This document shows positions 42,317 to 51,925 of a DNA stretch of 64,000 nucleotides, piece by piece. Position numbers and translations under genes: made by a program. This stretch comes from Candidatus Hadarchaeum yellowstonense (GTDB lineage Archaea; Hadarchaeota; Hadarchaeia; Hadarchaeales; Hadarchaeaceae): positions 6,028 through 70,027 of the forward strand of contig LQMQ01000007.1 of the NCBI GenBank assembly GCA_001515205.2, in the 5' to 3' direction. Position 1 is the first letter of the stretch, and the number at the start of each line of letters is the position of its first letter. A model generated the notes under the pieces. That model worked only from the letters and a program-made list of their open reading frames with translations, was not told the DNA's origin and did not search any database.

Positions 42317-42353
42317 CCCCATCTGATTAAAACTTGAAAGAGAATTGATAAAT

Positions 42354-42430
42354 GGGCCCGTAGTCTAGCCTGGATAGGACATGAGCCTGCGGAGCTTAGG
42401 ACTCGGGTTCAAATCCCGACGGGCCCGCCA
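42354..42430 (+). tRNA. tRNA-Arg (anticodon GCG), intron-less, CCA encoded
   Basis: Hand-folded cloverleaf. Acceptor GGGCCCG/CGGGCCC, D-arm GTCT..GGAC, anticodon stem TGAGC/GCTTA with loop CTGCGGA (GCG), T-arm TCGGG-TTCAAAT-CCCGA, discriminator G, then CCA. Confidence 0.9.
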
Positions 42431-42524
42431 TTGAAAACATCAGTAAAAAAGGACTGACGGTTTTTACTAGCTCGGTTTGAAAGGTTAGTTATTTTTATAG
42501 GCTGTAATCGAGAGATAAGTTGAC

Positions 42525-43310
42525 ATGATGGCTGAAATTGGAATAATAGGTGGCACCGGTCTTTACGACCCGAAACTTCTCAAAAACATCGAGGAAATCG
42601 AGATTGAAACCCCTTATGGACTGCCCTCTGATCGCATAACCCTTGGAGAGCTAAACGGGAGAAAGGTGGCATTCCTCCCCCGCCACGGGAAAAAACACAC
42701 GATAAGACCGACCGACATCAATTATCGGGCAAACATTTTCGCGATGAAAAAGCTTGGTGTGACCAGGATCCTGGCGCCATCGGCCGTGGGCTCCCTGAGG
42801 GAGGAATACCGTCCAGGAGACATTGTCTTCGTGGATCAATTTATCGATCGGACAACCAGGCGGGAGCAGTCTTTTTACACTGCCGAGAAAGTATGCCACA
42901 TTTCCGTGGCCGAACCCATGTGCCCTGAAATCAGGAGAACTTTAATGGAAGCGGCAAGGAGAGCCAGCATCGAAGCCCATCCCAAGGGAACTTATGTTTG
43001 CATTGAGGGGCCAAGGTTTTCCACCAAGGCGGAATCCAGGATGTTCCAGAGCTGGGGGGCGGATGTCATCGGAATGACTTTGGTCCCAGAATGCGTCCTA
43101 GCCCGCGAGGCCGAGATCTGCTATGCCTCCATAGCGACCGTTACCGACTACGATGTCTGGAAAGAACATCCGGTAAGTACTGAAGAGGTTTTAAAGACGA
43201 TGAAAAATAATCTAGAAAAAGTCAGGCGTTTAGTCGCTGAAACCGTGGCGATAATGCCAAGGGAAAGAAACTGCGAATGTAAAAATGCTCTGCAGAACGC
43301 CTTCGTCTGA
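42525..43310 (+). CDS. mtnP: S-methyl-5'-thioadenosine phosphorylase
   Basis: IGIIGGTGLY, VAFLPRHG, INYRANIFAMKKLGV, TYVCIEGPRFST and VIGMTLVPE. Confidence 0.9.
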   Translation: MMAEIGIIGGTGLYDPKLLKNIEEIEIETPYGLPSDRITLGELNGRKVAFLPRHGKKHTIRPTDINYRANIFAMKKLGVTRILAPSAVGSLREEYRPGDIVFVDQFIDRTTRREQSFYTAEKVCHISVAEPMCPEIRRTLMEAARRASIEAHPKGTYVCIEGPRFSTKAESRMFQSWGADVIGMTLVPECVLAREAEICYASIATVTDYDVWKEHPVSTEEVLKTMKNNLEKVRRLVAETVAIMPRERNCECKNALQNAFV

Positions 43311-43324
43311 AAGGAGGTGAATCC

Positions 43325-43852
43325 TTGCTGGATCTCAAATCGAAAATCAGGAGAATACCCGAGTTCAAGGGCGTGGTTTTCTGGGACATCACCCCTCTCT
43401 TGAAGGACAAGATTGCCTTCAGAGAATCAATCAGGCTCATGGCCGAGCACTTCAGGAACAAAAAAATAGACGTGGTGGTTTCCAACGAGGCGAGGGGTTT
43501 CATCATCGCCGCACCGCTGGCCTACGAACTCGGCACCGGTTTCGTCCCCATCAGAAAAAAGGGAAAGTTGCCCGCCGCCTGCATGGACTACACCTACCAA
43601 AAGGAATATGAGACCGACACCATTGAAATTCATGAAGACGCCATAGAACCGGGACAAAACGTTCTGCTCGTCGATGACCTGCTGGCAACCGGCGGCACGA
43701 TGAAGGCCAACATCGCGCTTGTGGAAAAGCTAGGGGGAAAGGTCGTGGGCATCGGCTTCCTCATCGAGCTTGGCTACCTCAAAGGAAGGGAAACTATTGG
43801 AAACAACTACGAGATATTTTCATTAATAAAAATTGATACCCCTCAGGGCTAG
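43325..43852 (+). CDS. apt: Adenine phosphoribosyltransferase
   Basis: FKGVVFWDITPLL, EARGFIIAAPLA and VLLVDDLLATGGT. The TTG start is preceded by a perfect AGGAGGTGA Shine-Dalgarno. Confidence 0.9.
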   Translation: MLDLKSKIRRIPEFKGVVFWDITPLLKDKIAFRESIRLMAEHFRNKKIDVVVSNEARGFIIAAPLAYELGTGFVPIRKKGKLPAACMDYTYQKEYETDTIEIHEDAIEPGQNVLLVDDLLATGGTMKANIALVEKLGGKVVGIGFLIELGYLKGRETIGNNYEIFSLIKIDTPQG

Positions 43853-43975
43853 CCTGCTCTCCAAGGATAAAACATTTGCCACGGAGTTTGAAGAACCGAC
43901 CCTTGAAAAAGTGCTGCTTTAAAGCTCGATGGGGTATTTAAGAAGGGTGAACAGCTGATCGACTTTAACCTGAAA

Positions 43976-45229
43976 TTGATCGTGCTGTTGGTCTTCCTTG
44001 CCTGTTACGGGCTAGCGATCTCACGAAAGGTCAAGCTCGCCTATGTCGGGATCTCCTCCGCCGCTCTCCTAATTTTCCTCCTCCTGCCCACCAAGGCGAT
44101 GACGCCCGAGGAGGTGTTGAACTCAATCCGCTGGAATGTCCTAGGGATCTACTGGGGTTTCATGATGCTCTCAATCGTTTTTTCTGAAAGCGGGGTTCCG
44201 AAACATCTAGCCAGACACGTGCTCCACCACACAAAAAACGAGGGGGTGGCTCTCCTCGCCCTATGTGCGATAACCGCCTTTCTTTCCAGCTTTCTGGAAA
44301 ATGTCGGGGTGGTCTTGATAATGGCGCCGATAGCGTTGGAGGTTGCCCGAAAGACCAAATCCTCGCCCCTGCTGTACCTGATTTCCATTGCCATCAGCTC
44401 CAACATGGTGACGACGGTTTCGATGATAGCTGATCCTCCGGCAATAATACTGGCCTCCGAGGCGGGGATGTCCTTCTTGGATTTTTACTGGTTCCAGAGC
44501 AGGATTGGCCTGGGAGTAATCTCAATCGTCGCTGCTTTAGTCGGACTCGCCACCCTTTACCTCTGCCACTTCAAAAAAATGAAAACCAGAGTCCAACTGG
44601 AAGAGGAGGAAATCAAGACGAACTATTTGCCCACCGTGGTTTTCATCGCTGGAGTGACCGCTCTCGCCCTGAATTCCTATCTAGGGGTCGGCCCGGGAGT
44701 CATCGGCGTGATCATTGGATTGCTCTCCTTAATCCTGGGCTTCAGAGATCTACCAAAAATGGTGAGAGAATTCGACTGGAACTCGTTTTTCTTCATCATC
44801 GGCATTTTCATCGTGATAGGTGCGGTTGATGAAGTCGGCATACTCGGAGATCTTGCCAAGGCCATCGGTGGCCTCGGCCTTAACAATCCCGTGTTAACTC
44901 TGGCCATCTTCGTCTGGCTCTCGGTTGCCCTGTCCTCTTTTATAGACAACGTCCCCTTCACTGTGCTTATGCTCCCGGTGGCCAGAGGTGCTGCTTTGGC
45001 TTTGGGTGGCGGTAGCCTCACCTATGCGCTGATGTACGGAACTCTGGTCGGCACGGGCATCGGCGGAAATCTTACCCTGGTTGGTGCAACGGCAAACGTC
45101 TTTGCTGCCGGCTTGCTTGAAAAAAGAGGACACCGGGTGAGGCTGAAGGACTACCTGAAGATCAGCCTAGCTCCGACGATACTGGCAGTTCTAGTGGCAC
45201 ATCTGATGCTCCAGATGCTCTGGATTTAA
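43976..45229 (+). CDS. ArsB/NhaD-superfamily (citrate-transporter-like) anion permease
   Basis: 417 aa with at least 10 TM helices and internally repeated halves (FLSSFLENVGVVLIMAPI and LSSFIDNVPFTVLMLPV). The TTG start is from the track. Confidence 0.7.
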   Translation: MIVLLVFLACYGLAISRKVKLAYVGISSAALLIFLLLPTKAMTPEEVLNSIRWNVLGIYWGFMMLSIVFSESGVPKHLARHVLHHTKNEGVALLALCAITAFLSSFLENVGVVLIMAPIALEVARKTKSSPLLYLISIAISSNMVTTVSMIADPPAIILASEAGMSFLDFYWFQSRIGLGVISIVAALVGLATLYLCHFKKMKTRVQLEEEEIKTNYLPTVVFIAGVTALALNSYLGVGPGVIGVIIGLLSLILGFRDLPKMVREFDWNSFFFIIGIFIVIGAVDEVGILGDLAKAIGGLGLNNPVLTLAIFVWLSVALSSFIDNVPFTVLMLPVARGAALALGGGSLTYALMYGTLVGTGIGGNLTLVGATANVFAAGLLEKRGHRVRLKDYLKISLAPTILAVLVAHLMLQMLWI

Positions 45230-45249
45230 ACTCTCAAAAATCTGGGCGC

Positions 45250-46137
45250 CTAAATGCCCCTGACCTGCAGCCTTTCCTCCGGCTTTAGCATCTTGACATC
45301 AATGCCTTTCATCGGGGTCGGCAGGTTCTTGCAGGCCTCCAAGACGACCTCAGGATCATCATAGTAGCGGGTTGCCTCGACTATTGCCCTCGCCATCCTC
45401 GCGGGGTCACTGGACTTGAAGATACCGGAGCCGACGAATATTCCATCCACACCCATCTGCATGACCAATGAGGCGTCGGCGGGGGTGGCTATCCCTCCGG
45501 CGCAGAACCAGACGACGGGCAACCTCTGAAGCTTTGCCGTCTCCTCAACCAGCTCCACAGGCACGCGATATTCGCGGGCCTTTGCCTCCAGCTCGTCACG
45601 ACTCATCCCGGCCAGCTCCGCTATCTGGCGCTTGGTGACTTTTATGTGCCTCACGGCCTCAACGATGTTCCCTGTCCCGGCCTCACCCTTTGTTCTGATC
45701 ATCGCGGCGCCCTCGTTGATCCTCCTCAGGGCCTCCCCCAGATCACGTGAACCACAGACAAATGGAACCTTGAACTTTCTTTTGTCCACATGGGCCTCCT
45801 CGTCAGCCACCGTGAGCACCTCGCTCTCATCGATCATGTCCACGCCCAGAGCCTCAAGTACCTGGGCTTCGGCAAAATGACCGATCCGACATTTGGCCAT
45901 GACGGGTATCGTCACTGCGTTCATTATGGCCTCGATTATCGCCGGATCTGCCATGCGCGCGACCCCACCCGAGGCTCGAATGTCTGCCGGAACCGCCTGG
46001 AGCGCCATGACGGCCACGGCCCCGGCCTCCTCAGCGATGATGGCCTGCTCTGGATTCGTTACGTCCATGATAACTCCGCCCTTCTGCATCTTGGCGAACC
46101 CACGCTTGAGCCGCTCTGAGCCGAAGACTATCTCCAT
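45250..46137 (-). CDS. pdxS: Pyridoxal 5'-phosphate synthase, lyase subunit PdxS
   Basis: [56 protein letters not shown] and GEAGTGN. Confidence 0.95.
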   Translation of the reverse strand: MEIVFGSERLKRGFAKMQKGGVIMDVTNPEQAIIAEEAGAVAVMALQAVPADIRASGGVARMADPAIIEAIMNAVTIPVMAKCRIGHFAEAQVLEALGVDMIDESEVLTVADEEAHVDKRKFKVPFVCGSRDLGEALRRINEGAAMIRTKGEAGTGNIVEAVRHIKVTKRQIAELAGMSRDELEAKAREYRVPVELVEETAKLQRLPVVWFCAGGIATPADASLVMQMGVDGIFVGSGIFKSSDPARMARAIVEATRYYDDPEVVLEACKNLPTPMKGIDVKMLKPEERLQVRGI

Positions 46138-46191
46138 AAAATCACCTGTATATGACTATTATCGCCCAATCCTAAAAATATAAGGTTTTTG

Positions 46192-47953
<1,762 letters not shown>

Positions 47954-48015
47954 AACCAGAACTGTCGAGAATTAAGCTATTATAGAAGGCGGGGTGAAAC
48001 TTAGGCTGGTGGGCT

Positions 48016-49167
48016 ATGCCGCTCCATATTGCCGAAAGTGTGCTGGGCGTCTTCGCTTTTGATGATAAGGGCAAAATTATCGCCTTTAGAGAATTCCCGC
48101 GCGACCACGCAGAAGTGGCGGGAAAAATTGCCAGCATTCAGATGGGAACTCCGACCGAGGAACACCGCGGGCTCATCACCGAGCTGATGAGAAAGGGCCA
48201 TCGGGAGTTCACCTTGGAGTCCAAACCACTGGCCGAAAAACTTCAGGAGGAGTTCAAAAAAGCAAAGTTCGAGGTTTTGATACCGAACGTGGCGGGATCG
48301 ATGCTGCGAGAGAAGCTTCAGGACATCGCCGAGGAAATCGGCTTTGAAGGAGTTGACGATTTCGCCCGCGAAGTGAACTTCATCCTCACCCGCCACAAGC
48401 TCCGCACCGAGGCAGCCCAGCGAGACAGCTTGATCATTCAGTCAATTGGTCTACTTGACGATATCGACAAATTTACCAACATTCTGATAGGGCGTGTACG
48501 GGAATGGTATTCCATCCACTTCCCCGAGCTTGACCACCTTGTTCCCGACCACGAGATCTATATTAAGCTGATAATGGCACTCGGCCAACGCAGCGAATTC
48601 ACCAAAGAGGCCATCATGAAAGCGGCGGGGCTGTCTGAAGAGGAATCGGAAAAGATAGCCGAGGCTGCAGCCAACTCCTTGGGGGCACAATTTGATGAAA
48701 TAGATTTAAGCTCGTTGAGAAGGACCTGCAAGGAGATACTTGAACTCCACGACCTCAGAAAAGAGATAGCTGATTACATCGATGGACTGATGTCTCAGAT
48801 TGCTCCCAACCTGCGCGCAGTGGTCGGCAGCGCTATCGGGGCGCGACTGATTGCAATCGCCGGCGGCTTGCAGGAACTCTCCCGCATGCCGGCGAGCACC
48901 ATCCAAGTTCTCGGGGCGGAAAAGGCGCTTTTCCGAGCATTAAAGAAAAAGGGCAGCCCACCCAAGCACGGCGTGATCTTCCAGTATCCGGAGGTTCGCG
49001 GAGCCCCGAAGAAACTGCGGGGAAAAATCGCGCGGGCCCTTTCCGGAAAAGTTGCCATCGCGGCGAGAGTCGACGCCATGTCGGGTGAATTCGTGGGCGA
49101 TAAACTGGAGGCAGAACTCAGGGCGCGAATCGCGAACATCAAGAAAGCGATAAGGAAGGAATTATGA
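48016..49167 (+). CDS. nop5: C/D-box sRNP core protein Nop5 (Nop56/58)
   Basis: 383 aa with a NOP domain (REWYSIHFPEL, IQVLGAEKALFRALKKKGSPPKHGVIFQ) and a Lys-rich C-terminus. Confidence 0.9.
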   Translation: MPLHIAESVLGVFAFDDKGKIIAFREFPRDHAEVAGKIASIQMGTPTEEHRGLITELMRKGHREFTLESKPLAEKLQEEFKKAKFEVLIPNVAGSMLREKLQDIAEEIGFEGVDDFAREVNFILTRHKLRTEAAQRDSLIIQSIGLLDDIDKFTNILIGRVREWYSIHFPELDHLVPDHEIYIKLIMALGQRSEFTKEAIMKAAGLSEEESEKIAEAAANSLGAQFDEIDLSSLRRTCKEILELHDLRKEIADYIDGLMSQIAPNLRAVVGSAIGARLIAIAGGLQELSRMPASTIQVLGAEKALFRALKKKGSPPKHGVIFQYPEVRGAPKKLRGKIARALSGKVAIAARVDAMSGEFVGDKLEAELRARIANIKKAIRKEL

Positions 49168-49844
49168 AAGCAATTGAGCACGAACGCTTCAAATCCGTTT
49201 ACTGGATAGAACTCGACGACGGCACGCGCAAGCTGGCCACGATAAATCTCGATCGCCACAATCAGGTTTATGGAGAGAGACTCATCGAGATAAACGGCGT
49301 GGAATACCGGCTCTGGGACCCCTACCGAAGCAAGCTCGCGGCGGCAATAGTCAAAAATTTAAAGGAAAACCCGATAGCTCCCGGAAGACAGGTGCTCTAT
49401 CTCGGCGCGGCGAGCGGGACAACTTCCTCGCACGTCTCAGACATCGTGGGGTTAAATGGCTGCGTTTACTGCGTGGAAATTTCCTCCCGGCCCATAAGGG
49501 ACCTGCTCCGAGTCTGCGCGAGGAGGAAGAATATGCTGCCGATACTGGCCGATGCCCGACAGCCGCACAGCTACTGCTCACTGGTCAAAAAAGTCGACGT
49601 CGTCTATCAGGATATCGCTCAGCCCGACCAGACCGACATCCTGCTGGCCAACGCGAGAATTTTTCTGCCGGAGGGCGGCTTCGCGATGCTATCGCTAAAG
49701 GCCCGCAGCATCGATGTAACCAAAGAGCCTCGCGAGATATTCAGAAACGAGATGGAAAAGCTGGAGAGGGAAATGGAAATCATCGACGCCAAGATCCTCG
49801 ACCCTTATGAGAAGGACCACGCGATGTTTGTCCTGAAGAAATGA
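49164..49844 (+). CDS. flpA: Fibrillarin-like rRNA/tRNA 2'-O-methyltransferase
   Basis: YRLWDPYRSKLAAAI, VLYLGAASGTTSSHVSDIV and DVVYQDIAQPDQ. There is a 4-nt overlap with nop5. Confidence 0.9.
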   Translation: MKAIEHERFKSVYWIELDDGTRKLATINLDRHNQVYGERLIEINGVEYRLWDPYRSKLAAAIVKNLKENPIAPGRQVLYLGAASGTTSSHVSDIVGLNGCVYCVEISSRPIRDLLRVCARRKNMLPILADARQPHSYCSLVKKVDVVYQDIAQPDQTDILLANARIFLPEGGFAMLSLKARSIDVTKEPREIFRNEMEKLEREMEIIDAKILDPYEKDHAMFVLKK

Positions 49845-49953
49845 ATCATTGTTGAGTTCAGTTGATGCTAAAGCTGAAACCATCGACTAAATTACAATTT
49901 AAGATGAAAGCGCGATCAATAGTTATAAAGACCTTTGCTCCAGAGATGCAAAT

Positions 49954-50568
49954 ATGCCCTACAATTTCAACTTCGACCTCTCGCGGATGCCCCAAGAATT
50001 CAACAAGGCCCTGATCAAGATGGCCTATCAAAAAAACATGCACAAAAGGATCGCAACAACCATCAGAAACCTGGTTGAAAAATTGAGGATTCAAGAAATC
50101 GGTGGCTTGAACCTATCAGATTTTACCACACTGATCGAGGACCTTGTCGACATCCATTTTCACAACATCTTGGAAAGGGAAAAATTTCAGAGGACGAAGA
50201 AAAGGGCGCTCTTTCTGCCCCACTGCTCGAGAAAATACCTTGACGGCAGGTGCCAGGCGCACTTTGACGCCAGCGTGCCTTCCTACATCTGCGCTGGCTG
50301 TTCTCCCGACTGTCTGATCAACATGGCGGTGGAGCTCGGCAAAAACAAAAACTACGATGTATACATTCTGCCTGGCGGGACCTGTCTGTCGCAGATCCTA
50401 GGAAGAAATGACTACGACGGCGTGGTGGGCGTCGCCTGCAGCCAAGAGCTGAAACAGGTCGAAGAACTGCTGAAGCGCAGGAATCTGCCGGCTCAAGCGG
50501 TGTTTTTGACCAAAAATGGCTGCGCCAACACCAAGTTCAACCTCAAAAGCCTCGAGGAAATTTTGTAA
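49954..50568 (+). CDS. DUF116-family Cys-rich protein
   Basis: ALFLPHCSRKYLDGRCQAHFD...YICAGCSPDCLINMAVE...DVYILPGGTCL...GVVGVACSQEL. Confidence 0.65.
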   Translation: MPYNFNFDLSRMPQEFNKALIKMAYQKNMHKRIATTIRNLVEKLRIQEIGGLNLSDFTTLIEDLVDIHFHNILEREKFQRTKKRALFLPHCSRKYLDGRCQAHFDASVPSYICAGCSPDCLINMAVELGKNKNYDVYILPGGTCLSQILGRNDYDGVVGVACSQELKQVEELLKRRNLPAQAVFLTKNGCANTKFNLKSLEEIL

Positions 50569-50571
50569 CCG

Positions 50572-51468
50572 TCAACGCGTTGTCACTTCACACCCAGTCT
50601 CGGTGACAATCACGGTGTGCTCCGCCTGTGCCACCTTGCCCTTGGCACGTTCCGCCAAGACATAGTAGGGCCAGAAAGCGCCGCTACCCACCAGCTCCCG
50701 GAGGATTAACTCGAGGCGCAACTTTGACATGCGCTTGGCTAGCCATCTCTCCGCGAACGGCAGCCCATTGTAATCTCGCTTCACGTCGCGTAAAAGCTCC
50801 CGAGACATGCGCAGGCGGGTTGGAACATCGCGCAAGTATCGGAAGATGTAAAGGTCCTTTTTATCCTCCACAAATCCGGCCCCATCCGTGACGAAGGGTT
50901 CAATGGCCAGCACGTCGCCAGCCTTCAAAATCATCCCGGTTGTCTCCTTGACGTTGGGGATGGTGAGCCCCGAGTGAAGATCCCACCGGGCCAAACTGTG
51001 CCCAGTCAGATTGCGTATCGGCTTGAACCCGGCCGCAGTTACCGTCTCCTCGACCACCCTGCCGATCTCGCCGACATCTATTCCCGGTCTCACCATGGCA
51101 ATCGCGGCTTCAAGCGCTTTCTCCACGGCCTGAACCATTTCTGCCTTCTCACCCGTCGCCACCGTGAAAGCGGTATCGGCTATGTAGCCATCCACGTGGG
51201 CTCCGATGTCAACCTTAACCATGTCTCCCTCCTTGATCACGGTAACATCATCCGCGGGTGGGCTGTAGTGGGCCGCCACTTCATTAACCGAAACATTGCA
51301 GGGAAATGCTGGCTTGGCTCCCTTTTCCATAATGAGCCTCTCGGCTGTCTCGGCTATCTCAATCAGGCTGACCCCTGGCTTGACCAGCGGCCTCACCTGC
51401 TCGCGAACTTCGGCAAGCAGCTTTCCTGCCTTCCGATATTTTTCCAGTTCCTCTTGACTCAACACCAT
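50572..51468 (-). CDS. map: Methionine aminopeptidase, type 2 (archaeal)
   Basis: LEKYRKAGKLLAEVRE, PAFPCNVSVNEVAAHYSP, VKVDIGAHVDGYIADTA and HTVIVTE. I trimmed the start to ATG 51468 (MVLSQEELEKY...), matching archaeal MetAP N-termini. Confidence 0.9.
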   Translation of the reverse strand: MVLSQEELEKYRKAGKLLAEVREQVRPLVKPGVSLIEIAETAERLIMEKGAKPAFPCNVSVNEVAAHYSPPADDVTVIKEGDMVKVDIGAHVDGYIADTAFTVATGEKAEMVQAVEKALEAAIAMVRPGIDVGEIGRVVEETVTAAGFKPIRNLTGHSLARWDLHSGLTIPNVKETTGMILKAGDVLAIEPFVTDGAGFVEDKKDLYIFRYLRDVPTRLRMSRELLRDVKRDYNGLPFAERWLAKRMSKLRLELILRELVGSGAFWPYYVLAERAKGKVAQAEHTVIVTETGCEVTTR

Positions 51469-51501
51469 ATCACCAAACGAAAGTTGTTTAATGCGCGGCA
51501 C

Positions 51502-51511
51502 CAATTAAAAC
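51502..51511. promoter_or_regulatory. Candidate shared TATA-like element between map and tfx copy 2
   Basis: CAATTAAAAC / GTTTTAATTG is the only A/T box in the 52-bp divergent spacer. It lies about 35 nt from ATG 51468 and about 15 nt from ATG 51521. Confidence 0.3.
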
Positions 51512-51520
51512 TTGGGGTTT

Positions 51521-51925
51521 ATGGAGGACACCTTCCTCACGGAGTCCCAGCTAAGAGTTCTCCAGCTCAGGCTGAGGGGGCTCACGCAGGCTGAAATAGC
51601 CCGCAGGCTTAACACCTCCCGCGCCAATATCAGCATAATCGAACGCCGGGCCAAGGAGAACATCGCGCGGGCGGAAAGAACCCTGAAGCTTGTGGAAAGG
51701 TTAAAGGCCCCGGTGACAATTACCGTCAACCCGGGAGATGACATCCTTCAGGTGCCCCAAAGGATCTTTGAAGCCGCCGATACTGCCAAGATCAGGGTTA
51801 ACTTGGGGACCGCCGAAATCATCGCCAAGATAAAAGAAGAGGCCGGGGACAGAATCCACGGGCGCTCCGTGACCAAAGGTTTCGAGGTGTCCCTGACGTC
51901 AGATGGGGAAATTCTCATTTCATAA
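51521..51925 (+). CDS. tfx: Tfx-family DNA-binding transcriptional regulator (copy 2)
   Basis: FLTESQLRVLQLRLRGLTQAEIARRLNTSRANISIIERRAKENIARAERTLKLVERL is collinear with copy 1 at 13434. I used ATG 51521 rather than TTG 51512. Confidence 0.75.
   Translation: MEDTFLTESQLRVLQLRLRGLTQAEIARRLNTSRANISIIERRAKENIARAERTLKLVERLKAPVTITVNPGDDILQVPQRIFEAADTAKIRVNLGTAEIIAKIKEEAGDRIHGRSVTKGFEVSLTSDGEILIS

Noticed and set aside
42246-42326. GUGAUGC ... CUGA ... CUGA motifs upstream of tRNA-Arg, considered as a C/D-box sRNA.
   Set aside because: The first guide is only 9 nt and no C' box is recognisable. The overall length of about 80 nt and the spacing do not fit archaeal C/D sRNAs. The region is better explained as the divergent promoter area of the Zn-ribbon/EF-1beta operon and the tRNA.
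42354-45229. tRNA-Arg as an integration site for a mobile element or provirus.
   Set aside because: I saw no integrase and no partial tRNA direct repeat downstream. The flanking genes (MTAP, APRT, permease, pdxS) are housekeeping genes.
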